A stretch of 64,000 nt of DNA, taken from assembly GCA_951406725.2 (NCBI GenBank), contig OX597819.1, forward strand, positions 130,138,001 to 130,202,000. The letters run 5' to 3'. Shown here piece after piece: positions 1 through 12,972 of the stretch. Under the pieces are notes generated by a model. It saw nothing but the letters and a program-made list of their open reading frames with translations, was not told the DNA's origin and made no database searches. Every line of letters starts with the position of its first letter. Position 1 is the first letter of the stretch. Position numbers and translations under genes: made by a program. This DNA is from Octopus vulgaris. Lineage: Eukaryota.

Positions 1-339
1 GTGTATTTTATAGAAGCCTTAATATAAAGAGAATACAAAGAAATTTAAAAATTTGAAAAAACATAAAAATTATTAAAATGTGCTTCTGTCTGTTTTATCA
101 TTGGTTTGATAAACAGTGTTTCACTTGAACCATCCTAACTCAAGCTTAAATAACATTTACATACATACTCACATATACATGCTCATATAGCAGAACATTT
201 ATATGTAAATATAAGCATATACATACACATGTTCATATACATGCATTAAATGAACACACATAAATACATATATATATATATATAAGAATTTCGTATCTTG
301 CCCTTCCCATTCTTCTTCTGTTTCTCACTCACCTCCCAC

Positions 340-612
<273 letters not shown>

Positions 613-819
613 GCTTATAAACATGTATGCTTGGGTTGGCCAGAAACCACCAGACATTTCATTTTTCAAAATATATTTTAGTCAGTAACGTAAATTGTTT
701 CAAATATTTTTGATATTAAAAAAAAAACTGCACACGCAAACTTGTCTGTCAAAATATTGGAATTATTATCACTATCATCACTATCATTCGAAGAAATCAT
801 TATCAACATAAAAAGATTT

Positions 820-821
<2 letters not shown>

Positions 822-889
<68 letters not shown>

Positions 890-903
890 CATCATCATCA
901 TCA

Positions 904-980
<77 letters not shown>

Positions 981-1236
981 ATTATTATATAAATCATTTT
1001 GTTAAATTGCCAGAAAAAATGTATAATGTATACAAATAGAAAAATATTCAAAAGATTAGAACACACACACGCAAACACAAATACACACACACACACACAT
1101 ATATACACAGACACGCATACAAGCATATATGCATATAAAAAAAAAACAACTACAACAAAGACGGTGACGAGGACCATGATTATAGTGCTGATGATGATGA
1201 TGATGATACTACAACTACTTCTGCTGCTGCTGCTGC

Positions 1237-1298
<62 letters not shown>

Positions 1299-1495
1299 GA
1301 TTAGAAGAAGAAGAAGAAGAAGAGGAGGAGGAAGAAGAAGAAGAAAAAGAAGAAGAGGAGGAAGAAGAAGAAGAAAAAGAAGAAGAGGAAGAAAAAGAAG
1401 AAGAGGAAGAAAAAGAAGAAAAAGAAGAAAAAGAAGAAGAAAAAGAAGAAGAAGAAGAAGAAGAAGAAGAAGAAGAAGAAGAAGAAGAAGAAGAA
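822..1495. repeat. Trinucleotide microsatellite cluster: (TTA)/(TCA)/(TTG) at 822-990, (TAA)n then (GAA)-rich purine tract at 1237-1495
   Basis: Directly visible. Explains the poly-L/I/Y ORFs in the track. Confidence 0.95.
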
Positions 1496-1923
1496 ATGTT
1501 TTTTCTTTTAAATACAATATTATTTTGAATTTATTTCGCCAAATATTCCTGTCCTACAGAATACAGACATGTATAAAAAAATACACACAATATATTTGAT
1601 ATTTGTGTGTTTTATATCCTTCGTATAAGTGCATGCGTGTATGGACATTTATGTGAGTAGATGTGTGTACATAGATATGTGCTTGTGTGTGTGTATGTGT
1701 GTTTGTATGTGTGTGTTTCAGCGCGCGTGTGTGTGTGTGCATGCACGTTCTCTGGTTCTTGTATCGACATCGTTTGTGTTTGTTTGTGAATTTATAAGTG
1801 GAATATACTGGACAAGCGTTTGCTCATTTGTGTTCTGGAGGATGACTGCAGATGCTATACATACATACATACATACATACATACATACATACATACACAC
1901 ATACATACACACATACATACATG

Positions 1924-2061
1924 TTAGTTAGTTAGTTAGTTAATTTTGGGGTTCAAAAAGCGAAAAGCAAGGCCATGTAGGGGGACATGGAGTTATCTAC
2001 AGGGTGGTGTTCATGTAAATAGTTCAGGCCATTTGTGGTCAAGGGAGACTTTAACCGAACA
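1924..2061 (-). mobile_element. 3' end of a CR1/L2-group LINE with (TAAC)n tail
   Basis: Minus strand reads ...VKVSLDHKWPELFT*, similar to the FK..LD..W C-terminus of CR1-type ORF2. A short 3'UTR and aattaactaactaactaac follow. Embedded in (TACA)n. Confidence 0.55.
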
Positions 2062-2064
2062 TAA

Positions 2065-2136
<72 letters not shown>

Positions 2137-2148
2137 CTGTGTGTGTGT

Positions 2149-2432
2149 GGAGGCGCAATGGCCCAGTGGTTAGGGCAGCGGACTCGCAGTTGTAGGATCG
2201 CGGTTTCGATTCCCAGATCGGGCGTTGTGAGTGTTTATTGAGCGAAAACACCTAAAGCTCCACGAGGCTCCGGTAGGGGGTGGTGGCGATCCCTGCTGTA
2301 CTCTTTCGCCACAACTTTCTCTCACTCTTTCTTCTGTTGGCCTGCTCGCTTAGCCATCGGAGTGGCGTCATTGTGACCAGCGATGTGTAGCAACATCTGA
2401 TAGCCTGGTCGGTCACGGTGATCACGGTGATA
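2149..2432 (+). mobile_element. tRNA-derived SINE, family C head with tail type 1
   Basis: ggaggcgcaatggcccagtggttagggc (A box) and ggtttcgattccc (B box). The first ~180 bp match the copies at 28073-28462 and 56450-56664. The tail ends in (cacggtgat)2. Confidence 0.9.
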
Positions 2433-2561
2433 TACATATATATATATCTATAGGTATCCTCTAACTGTTTTGAGCCATACATGTGACTCCCAATAAATGT
2501 GTTGAGTGATCTTCTTTTGTTTGTCCACTCACTCGTAAAGATACACACGTACGCACGCACG

Positions 2562-2629
<68 letters not shown>

Positions 2630-3980
2630 TATATATTCTTAATGTCATGACAATTCAGGAACTTCGAGAGGTCATGAAATATTTACTCTTTGGGAACGGT
2701 GAAAATCCGAGCAGAATAAGATAATAATTGATTGTAAATATCAGGGTGAAAACCTTTTTAGGCAGAGAAAGTTGAAGGGTTATATACGTACGTGCATGCA
2801 CGCACATATGAATGCATGCATTCAAGTATGCATGTGCACATTGTACGCATATAAGAATGCACTAACGGTTGCCGACATAGGCATCATTTCACATGTTATA
2901 CTTTAAACTTATATGTTAAACTTTTAAAATGTTTCGCATATTTCGACAGTGTTTTCGATATTTTGTATGTTGTAGGGTCTTGATTAATCGTGTTCTTTGG
3001 TTTCTGAAACATAGGTCATCAAAATTGGTACTGAGGCTGTTCGTCAAGTTATCAAATGCTCTAATATCCATAGGTAGAAATTGTAATCAATAGTCACCGT
3101 TTCTCATCGGATCCACACAAATGCTGCCCTTTTCACTAATCTATAACATTATGTCAACACTTTCTAGATGACTGCTTTCAACTGATAAACCCTGATCATT
3201 ATGTCGGGTCTATTAATCTAGGTTTTTATTGAAGCCTTGACAGGAAAATTTTACTGGTATTTCATATTAAGTGCGACTATGTCTTCCACACATCTGCAGT
3301 GCCTTATATTTTTGCAAGTGTGAATAGGTGTGGATGTATATATTTATGTATGTGTGTATGTGTATATTGGAATATCCTCAGTTATCGCTACTTGAGAAAA
3401 ACTTTGGCTGAGAGGCAGGCCGACTAAATAGATAACAACCCATGTCGAAAATTTCGCATGAATTCATTGTATATTAGAAAAATAAACTGACCCCGAAAAC
3501 TTTATCTTTTTTAATTTGGAGATGCCTTGTATTTATAAATTGATTAATGAGCAAGGTGTCTTAAATTTTAGGACCTATAAAATGAAAAATACTAAAAGAA
3601 TATCAAATATTGTCTTTAATCGCTGTTGATGACGATGTGCTTGTTCCGACCGATGTGCAAGTTGTTCCAATTCTTACTATTTCGTCCTGTTTTCGTGTAT
3701 TCTTCATTTAGGGCGACGCCAACAAATATATCTTAGCTTTTACTTATTTATTTGTTTGCTTATTTACCTACTTTTTGCGTATATTTTTGAAAGACAATCG
3801 AGTGTGATTTAAGAGAGAACTGGCCACTATTTTTAGTTTTTCGAATCACTGTAGAGAGCTTTCCTCTTGGGCTGGAAGTCCTATTTTAAAGAATGTTAAC
3901 GATTTTTTTCTTGAAATAGAGTTTTCTTCACTTAGTAGGACCCAAGTAGCCTCTTCCTCCTCCTCCTCCTCCTCCTCCTC

Positions 3981-4041
<61 letters not shown>

Positions 4042-4289
4042 ACTAACTACGTTTCATTCTTCTGACTTATATATGTGAATTAGCTCTATTTCCTTCCGAG
4101 TGTTTTAAGTTCGAACACTCTAAGATAAATAAATACATAAAAAAAGATAAATAAATAACTAGCTACATAAGTGATTAATTAAAAGAAATAATCAGTTATA
4201 ATAATTGCTTATTTAGTTATGAATTCATTAGCAAAAAGCGTTCACACCCAATTCGATTTATTTTATAAAATAATTTTCTAAATTTATTA

Positions 4290-4378
<89 letters not shown>

Positions 4379-4714
4379 ATTATCTTTGACAACATCGTTA
4401 AGGATGTTTTTGGCATTTATTCAAGTATTAATAACGAGTCTATATGACAAATTACATATGTTGAGTTATAAAGTAGAATAAGTTATGTAATATGGTTAAT
4501 TAATTATATATGTTATTTTAATGTCTGTATATATACATATATTTAAGAAATGTTTTTATATGAAACCACTGATGTACTTGATACACGTTACTATTGAAAG
4601 CGTGTAATGCTAGTCTATATACAAATACACACGCACGCGGGCGGGCGGGCACACAAACACACACACGTACATATATACATAATGCATGTGCGTGCATGAG
4701 TATATATGTATGGG

Positions 4715-4745
<31 letters not shown>

Positions 4746-4779
4746 CTTTAGTGTCCTACAACTTTGCAAAATTTTTTAG

Positions 4780-5340
4780 GACAAGAACCAAATAAAGAGT
4801 CGAAAAAATGGGTGAGGGTTACAGACGGAATTGACTTTCACTAAAAGCGTTAAACAAATCCTTTCGAAAATTGAACCAGACGGCATTCACTAAAAGAATT
4901 AAGGGTACGACTGACCATCACTCCAGCGCCACCGTGAGCGATACATCATATGCACAATGTGGAGAAAATACCACCATCATTGCCCAGACGACCTCAACAT
5001 TAGTTCCAGAGTTCATTCAAGGCTAAGACCACGGGCCATACTCTCCAACCTAATCCAGATCACAACACACAAATACACTGCAGTATAATTTTTTTCCTTC
5101 GACGTTTAAACATTGCCCTATTTAACATTGTCTCGAAACAGATGAAGGAGGAAATAATCCCATCACCTTTAAACGGAATCTGGACAAATTTCTTCAGGGA
5201 ACATCAGATAAGTCATCTATACCTGGATACAAGTCACTCAACAAGAACTCCCTACTCGAATGGGCCATGATACCACAAAACTTGACTTTAAAAGGATTTA
5301 GCAAATCCTATCAGGTGATGCTAGTAAGTTAGGCATGGCC
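4780..5340 (+). mobile_element. Degenerate CR1/Jockey-group LINE ORF2 C-terminus and 3' end
   Basis: Broken frames include ALFNIVSKQMKE, ITFKRNLDKFLQ and IPGYKSLNKNSLLEW, typical of CR1/Daphne-like C-termini. Confidence 0.55.
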
Positions 5341-5380
5341 TGGACCAATCTTTGTTAGAAACATATCTAAATTACCTAAG

Positions 5381-5448
<68 letters not shown>

Positions 5449-5517
5449 TAGAAAAAATTTATATATATAACGTTTGTGGTTTTCTTAACCCTAAGTAAAT
5501 TAATGATTAACTGACTG

Positions 5518-5915
5518 TTGGAAACCTGTAACCTAGATGTTATTGTGCGCAAGTTCCATAACAAAAAAACAATAATGGTAACAACAACAACGACAATAAA
5601 CATGAAAGAAAGAGAAAAGGTCGACAAATATGGAGACCTGAAATTTGAGATCGCCAAGATATTGCTGCTGCGAGAGTCAAACATAAATGTTGTTCCTGTT
5701 GTTATCAGCGCATTGAGTTGAATACCACCAACCCGAAGAAACATCTGAATACTTTAGAAATATCCTACAATCTTGGTGTATTGCAAAAACCGACTTTACT
5801 TGGAACTCCACGCATACTGCACACTACGCAAAGAACTGTCTGTGGACCTTGTTGTGACTTGACAGACAATACAAGTCCCCGTACATACAATATCTTCAAT
5901 CTACATCACAATAAT
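5518..5915 (+). mobile_element. R4/Dong-like non-LTR retrotransposon 3' fragment (restriction-like endonuclease region)
   Basis: Translates to EKVDKYGDLKFEI..INVVPVVISALS and KHLNTLEISYNLGVLQKPTLLGTPRIL, i.e. the RLE K..KY motif and the QK..LLGT..IL C-terminus. The 3'UTR resumes at ~6329-6380. Confidence 0.75.
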
Positions 5916-6310
5916 CCTTTCTGCTGGAGGCACAAGGCCTCAAATCTATGGAGCGGGGACTAATCGATGATATCAACCCCATCATTCATCATCATTGTTC
6001 GACCGTGGAATTTACCATGCTACGCCAGACTTCACGGTCCATCACGGCATTACGGAGGTCCTGTTGCTGGATGCCTGTATCCCTGGAGATTACATCAGGG
6101 TAGGAGAGTGTGCGCCCTCTGGTATTGCGAGTAGATGGCTTCCAGAGGAGAAGAGGAGAAATTACTTCTTTTTCAGCTCTACAACAATGTCCAGCAAACT
6201 GGACTCTCCTACCTTTCACAAGAGATGACACAGGTGATAGTTCCCCAGTGAAACATTGATACTTAATTTATCGACCCCGAAAGGACGAAAGGCAAAGTCG
6301 ACCTCAGTGG
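5916..6310 (-). mobile_element. 5'-truncated SINE B copy flanked by an 18-bp target-site duplication and interrupted by an RTE fragment
   Basis: aatctacatcacaataat occurs at 5898-5915 and 6311-6328. The SINE B core (ttatcgaccccgaaagga..aaggcaaagtcgacctc) lies at ~6265-6310. Confidence 0.8.
5981..6243 (-). mobile_element. RTE-clade LINE 3' end
   Basis: Translates to RRVQFAGHCCRA..LLLWKPS..RGR..YPDVISRDTG..DLRNAVMDREVWR, an RTE C-terminal pattern. A (TGA)n-like tail follows. Confidence 0.85.
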
Positions 6311-6379
6311 AATCTACATCACAATAATGGATACTGAGCGACGTCTTCAATAAGAGTAATAACAACAATGGTAATAACT

Positions 6380-6585
6380 ATTTCTCTTTTATGCAAAAGC
6401 AAGCAATTTCGAGAGTAGGAATCTAGACGAGTACTTGGACTCCAGTCCCTGACCGTTATTTTATTTTATCGACATCGCAAGGATAAGAGGAAAAGTTGAC
6501 TTCAGTGGGATTTTGAAATTAGAACATAAAGCGCCAAATAAAATATGCCAACCCATTCTGTCCAGCTCTGACGATTCTACCAATC
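6380..6585 (-). mobile_element. Degenerate SINE B-like copy
   Basis: ttttatcgacatcgcaaggataagaggaaaagttgacttcagtgggattttgaa matches the SINE B core with many substitutions. Confidence 0.55.
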
Positions 6586-6822
6586 CAAAGTCTGAAGCGA
6601 TTTCGTCTATTACTTGACAATTCTATCGAAATCATTGCCCTCAGAAGCTGATAGCATATCGATTATACTGATGCGGACATGTTGAAGTAATCTCAAATTA
6701 GAAGCGTTGTAATTACAAGAATGCCGGGAATGTTGATAATGGTGTGGGAATGTGGCGGTGGGGATGGTAACCAGCCATGATCACCGTATCATTTATTCTT
6801 CTGCGCAGGGAGCATTGTACCA

Positions 6823-7049
6823 CTATCCAATGTGTCTTCTTTGAAACCGGCTGCCATTTCTAGGAAGGAAAACGACCACGTGCCGCCTCGGACTTGCCTG
6901 TTGTTGTTTTCGCTTATGTCGTTGTTGTTGTTGCTGCTGTGCTGTGGTAATTGTAGGACGGTGGTGATGGTGGTGGTGGTGGTGGTGGTGATGGTGGTTT
7001 AAAGGTGGATGTGTTATTGTTGTTGTTGCTGTTACTGCAGCTGCTGTTG

Positions 7050-7081
<32 letters not shown>

Positions 7082-7130
7082 GTTAGTAATGGCATCACCG
7101 ATAATAGTGATGTTAACGATGATGGTGTTG
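6823..7130 (-). CDS. Candidate terminal coding exon (Pro/Thr/His/Gln-rich), gene unknown
   Basis: On the minus strand: branch-point-like CTAAC (7165-7161), then pyrimidine tract and TAG acceptor (7133-7131). An open frame TPSSLTSLLSVMPLLTPPPPP..H12..QQQQQQRHKRK..RRHIG* follows, with AATAAA ~25 nt past the stop. No homology recognised. Confidence 0.35.
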
Positions 7131-7488
7131 CTATGCAAAGAGGAAGATAGTTTAAAAGCAGTTAGTCGGTTGATCAGTTAATTACAAAGTGGATGCTAGC
7201 CGTTCTTAGGAACGAAAAGCGTAATTAAGGCAAGTAAGTGTTTAATTGAATAGAGCTGTAAATAGCTGAGATAATGGCTTGTAACATCGAGACGAGGAGA
7301 TAGCATTTGACTGTGCAAGAGTGATTGGGTTGTGTTTTAGTGAACGGCATATACACATACTGATGAATGTAAATACATACATACTTATACATACATGCAT
7401 ATATATATGTATATATATATATATATGTATATATGTATATATATATAAATCTATATATATAGGTATATATTTACGCACATATGTATAA

Positions 7489-7524
<36 letters not shown>

Positions 7525-7668
7525 TAGCATGTACATATACACACATATTCATGTACGTTTGTATATATGTGTGTGCGTGTGTGTGTGCGTGTCAGTGAGT
7601 GTGTCTGATTAGTGTAAGAGTTAAAAGCGGTAAAGAGAGTGAGAGAAGAAGACGAAGATGACGATGAC

Positions 7669-7731
<63 letters not shown>

Positions 7732-7870
7732 GATGGTAGTGGTGGTAGTGGAACTGGAGGTGGCGGTGGCGATGAAAAAGGGAGAAGAGAATGTTAGAGT
7801 AGATTAAAGCGATGTAATTAGAATTATGAGTAGAAATGTTATATACACACGCACATACATACATACACAC

Positions 7871-7999
<129 letters not shown>

Positions 8000-8324
8000 C
8001 ATGTATGTAGGTATGTGTGTATGTATGCATGCATAGTTAGCTATAGATATATATGCATGCATTTGTGCACACACACAGCTATATACCTTTAGGCAGGTCT
8101 TGTTTTGTAACTTCTTTTTACACTGTTTATTCAAGAATGCAGGTTAGAGAATGTCAATGTTCGTTGTTATTTGGTTTTGGTTTTCTGAAATCTCACTCTG
8201 TGTCTTTCTGTCTGTGTATCTATCTATCATTATATATATATATATATATATTCATATATATGCATACATATATAGTTTCGTGTGTGAGAGTGTGCTTCTG
8301 TTAGTATGTATATGTGTTTATATC

Positions 8325-8700
8325 CCAGTTAACTTGTGGGGCATCGCGTATGTAGTTTTACGTACTTACAGCTAATCTGTTGTTGTCTACGTTATTTTAC
8401 TATTTCACAGCTAATGTGTTAATGTACGTTATCTTGTATTTATGTTTTTGCTGTCTTAAAGCTAATGTATTTTAGTATGTTGCTTTGTGTAAGTAGGCTT
8501 AACCACTTACAGCTAATTTCTAAGAATTTGGTATATTGGGTATATGTTTATATCTATTTACAGCAAATGCGTCCCTCTGTTACATTGTGTATATATTTAT
8601 ACACACTTCACAGCTAATATGATAATGTTTGTTATAATGTACATTGGCTATGTTTTTTTTTTTCGCAAATTTAACGCTAATGTGTTATAGTGTGCATTAC
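8325..8700. repeat. Degenerate ~50-bp tandem repeat anchored on ACAGCTAAT
   Basis: Motif or variant at ~8325, 8368, 8407, 8458, 8509, 8560, 8610 and 8673. Confidence 0.7.
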
Positions 8701-9194
8701 GTTGATATTGTTGATTTTGTGTCACTAAGAGCTCGCGTGTAGTAAGACCGTACATTGTATGTGTTTGCGTGCTGTGTGTGTTTATCTATCAATCAATCTA
8801 TATATCTATATATATATATATATCTTTCTATGTATATATGCTGTTCTGCATTGGTTAATCCACGGCACACTTACAAATATATTAAACCGGTAAGTTCACT
8901 GAGGATGGCACGGATCTACCTGAAAGCTTGTAATTGTCTCATTGTCTATATTCTGATTTTGAAACCGACTGACTTTGTTTCACCCCTTCAAGAGTCGTAT
9001 AAAATGAACAGTAAACATTAAAAGTTCGTTTAATGATTTAATCAGTGGAGAAAGGTCTTCGCTCTTAGTATTTTCTCTGCGTCTTGTGTCTGATGTAAAA
9101 TAAGGTAATGTTAGTAAGTTTAAAATTCTAAAAGACGAGGTTATAATTACATAGCTACAAGGGCAAAGATTGCGGTGAGAGTGTGTATATACGA

Positions 9195-9563
9195 CTAGCA
9201 CTATGACCCTGTAACGCCGGATCATAGAGCTAGTGCATGCGTACACAGCTGCGTGCGTGCGCACATACACGCGAATGCTCTCCAAATCCCCGACCAATCA
9301 CATACAGCTAGCTGGCATTCAATTGGCGTATCAAGTTTCGGGCATTTTGATTGGGTTTTGGATAGAAAATTCACAAAAAAAGTTACTTCTATTGATTTTT
9401 TAATGGCTTTTCGGGGTGACTGGGGAAATGTAAAGATGTGCACGACCACCCTGGGACGGTTTTGAATGACCATAGAAAGTGCGAGCCCTCTAACTGAAAA
9501 ATTGTGGATTTGTATAAAGGGCACACACACAGACAGACATTTTGCCGTTTATATATAGAGAGA
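9195..9563 (-). mobile_element. Non-autonomous Helitron (~369 bp)
   Basis: Minus strand starts A|TCTCTCTATATATAAA and ends CTAG|T, giving 5'-TC...CTRR-3' in an AT target. Subterminal hairpin ctatgaccc...ggatcatag at 9201-9227. Confidence 0.75.
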
Positions 9564-9900
9564 TTACGTAGACTCTAGTGTTTGACTGATACTCTTTTAC
9601 TTATCCCGAAAAGATTGTAGAACTATGCATGAATGTTTGCGTGTGTGTTTTTTTTTAAATATATTTTCCACTTTTATTCCTGCTCTCTGTTTCTTGATGA
9701 AGATCACTTGTCCGAAGCGTTGATCTGTTTTTATTTTTTCTTTCCAACCTAAAATTAACTGCATCATATTATTGCGTGTTTTGTTTTCGTGAAATAAATT
9801 TTGGCTTAAAGCACAACAATCCATCATAATGGGTGGTATTTAAATGTGGAAGATACAACAATATATTATACAAACATTGACTTAAACAAATGAATATGTA

Positions 9901-10290
9901 GTAAGAAGTTTACTTCCCAATCAAATGGTTCTGGGTTCAGTCCCACTGTGTGGCACCTTGGGCAAGTGTCTTCTACTATAGCCTCAGGCCACCCAAAGCC
10001 TTGTGAGTGGAATTGGCCGACGGAAACTGAAAGAAGCCCGTCGTATATTCATATTTGTTTGTGTGTATCTTTGTGTCTGTGTTTGTCCCTCGTCACTACT
10101 AGGCAACCGGTGTGGGTGTGTTACCGTCCCTGTAACTTAACGGTTCGGCAAAAGCGACTGATAGAATAAGTACCAGGCTTTACATAGAAATAATAAGTAC
10201 TGAGGTTAATACGTTAGACGAAGATCCTTCAAGGTGGTGCTCCAGCATGGCGACACTCAAACGAGTGAAAAAAGAGAAAGACAAAAAGAA
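9901..10290 (+). mobile_element. SINE family A (tRNA head, CORE-like segment, internal microsatellite), diverged copy
   Basis: gggttcagtcccactg.gtggcaccttgggcaagtgtcttctactatagcc ... ggtgctccagcatgg aligns to 28986-29389. Confidence 0.85.
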
Positions 10291-10699
10291 CAAAGAAATA
10301 AGCTAAAGAATCATAACTAAATACGACAAGACATTAAATATGATGCTCAGCCGACCATCAACCACATTTGAGTAATTAATAAATAATAATGTCTCACTTG
10401 AGCACAAGACCACGTGCTTTGTTGAGCGAAACCGTATACTTACTTAAAGCGACTTCAAGTACTTGACTCGTCCCAATGTTACCATCCCCGGAAGGATAAA
10501 AGGCAAAGTCGATCTCGGAAGTTAAAGTGGGTTGGGTAACATGTTGCCCCTAGGGTCATTAAGTACGATACTGTAATCTATTGTGTCAACGAGTGATTTG
10601 TGAGTGATTAATAAATAATGATGTGGAACGGTTGCGTACGAGTGTGTAAATGTGACGTAAGAATGGGTTGTTATGGTTGTTGTTTTTATTACTTGTGTT

Positions 10700-10870
10700 T
10701 TTGTTTAACCGCAGGACAACCTTTGCTGGGAAGCATAGCTTTGATCAATTCTGTTACAGTCATGACCATCGCATCTCTTTATATCAGGGACTCTATTGAC
10801 CAAAAAATCCCTTTGTATTGTTAATTTGGCTGCTATATTAGCTGGGTGAGTTACTGCGTTGAGGATACGT
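10700..10870. mobile_element. Old SINE-like interspersed repeat (related pieces at ~3795-3870, ~12870-12945, ~20870-21070, ~56810-56875)
   Basis: Shared degenerate blocks such as tttggctgctat(a/t)ttag / ctagaaatagcaaccaaatct and cagtcatgaccatc. Confidence 0.4.
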
Positions 10871-10899
10871 CATTGTATGTTAACTAAATATGTAAGGAG

Positions 10900-11345
10900 T
10901 TCGAGAGAGAGAGAGGGAAAGAGAGAGAGGTGGAGAGAGAGGGAGGAAGAGAAAGAAAGGGAGAGGGGGAAATAGGGAAAGAGTCGGCGTTTGAGAGAGT
11001 TACTGAGAGAGAGATAGTGTTTAAGAGAGAGAGAGAGAAAAGACGAGAGAGGGAGAGAGTGAGAGAGGGGAAGAAAGAAAGTGAGAGAGAATGAGGTAAA
11101 TAGGGAAAGAGTTGGTATTTGAGAGAGAGAGAGAGATGGAAGGAGAGGGAGAGAGAGAGTTATTAAGAGTGACAGATAATGATTTAGAGAGAAAGAGTTA
11201 ATGTTTGAGAATGTGGCTGAGAGAGCGAGAGAGAAATAGAAAGAGGATGAGAGAAAAAGAGACCGGTAGAGAGAGGAAGAGAGAAGAGAGAGAGAGAGAG
11301 AAAGAGAGAGGAGGAGAGAAAGAATTGGTGAGAAAGGAAGAGAAA
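10900..11345 (+). repeat. Polypurine (GA-rich) tract with internal duplications
   Basis: aaatagggaaagagt(c/t)gg..tttgagagag at ~10970 and ~11098. Confidence 0.8.
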
Positions 11346-11554
11346 TAATATTTGTGTCTGTTGAAAGAGGACTAAGGAAGAGGAGGGAATCGTAAGAGAT
11401 TTTCCAATAAATTAAAACCAAAATGTCCGGTCGTCGTCCTTCAATATGGCGGAGAAAGCGGGAAGAAACAATACCAGAGACGGAAGAATAAACAACACGC
11501 ACACACATTCACACACATAGAACAGACACACACCTGCGTACACATGCGCGGACG

Positions 11555-11807
11555 GACACACACACACACACACACATGCACACACACACGCACACACACA
11601 CATATCCTCATACACATACACACGCGCGCACGCACACATATCCTCATACACACACACGCACACACACAAACACACACACACGCGCGCGCACACACACATA
11701 CACACACACATATCCTCATACGCACACACACAAACACGCGCACAAACACATATCCTCATACATACACGCACATACACACACACACACACACACATATCCT
11801 CATACAC

Positions 11808-11902
<95 letters not shown>

Positions 11903-11930
11903 CACACACACATCCTCATACACACGCACG
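11555..11930. repeat. (CA)n-derived minisatellite with recurring CATATCCTCATA
   Basis: Motif at 11601, 11637, 11709, 11749, 11793 and a variant at 11911. Confidence 0.9.
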
Positions 11931-12972
11931 CGCAATTACATGTAGAAGACAAAGCGAAGGTTTTAATGACCTTAGCAATTCGGAAACACTTTCGTTGTTA
12001 ATTGTAATGATTGAAATCTGATTAGATTTCTTTGTGATCTGTTTATTTGTTTGTTTGTTTTTTTCGCTCATATATGTCTTCATTTGTTTTTCTTTTTTCT
12101 TTTTTTTTTTTTTTTCGCTTTTTCTTTCGGCTTTTTGATTGGAAACAAAATGGTTTTGTCCAGTTCTGTTATCCTTATCTCAATTACATGAGAGTTGTAG
12201 CAATACGTCTCCTCCTCCTCCTCCTCCTCCCCTCTTTCTTCCTCTCCTTATAACTCTTTCTCCACCTCTCCTAATATTACTCTCATTCTTCCTCTCCTTT
12301 ATTACTCTTCCTGCTCCTGCACCTCCCAGCATTGAAAGAGGAGAGAGAAAAGAACAGAACAGGAACAGAAGGGAGACGAGCTAGTCACTGACCATACTAC
12401 GATTCTTTCCGAGTCTAGCCGAGATTAGACGAAACTAATCGATAACAGTCGGTACTGGGTGACTGCTTATAAGAATTATAAGAATTATCACGTATTTGCA
12501 ATCTGTTGAAGGGCGGTCAATGGGAAGGATTAGTAGAGCGCCGGATAAATTAGTTTGTGATGTTAGTATCAATTTCTAACTGAAAGGAAAAAAAGGTCAC
12601 AAATATATGAAAGAAGAATTATAGTCTTATATAATATAGTTCTGTTAATCTAGGTTGCCTGTTGCATTATAGGTATATACGTCGACCCTGGGAGGTGTCT
12701 AGCACTTGACTTATCGATTACAGAATGATAAAGACCATAACTGATTTCGGCGAAACACGAATTCAGAAGCAGAGAGCGGGAACCGATACTGACAGGCATT
12801 TTGTCCGATAGTTAAGGGTTCTACAATTCGCTTGCTTTAATGAAGTCTGATATATCCCTAAAAAGAAGTGACGGTCATAACTGGAATGTCTTTGTTCATT
12901 GGACAACTCAGTCAAGGTAGACTTGAACCTAAATAACAACTACTACCTTACTGTTCATTAAGAAATGGATTC

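Noticed and set aside
2149-2225. tRNA gene
   Set aside because: A and B boxes are present, but the sequence continues into a SINE body shared by several copies and no clean acceptor stem is evident. The same applies to the family A and B heads.
8325-8700. CRISPR-like repeat-spacer array
   Set aside because: The repeat is only ~9 bp and degenerate, the spacers are related to each other, the context is eukaryotic and there are no cas genes.
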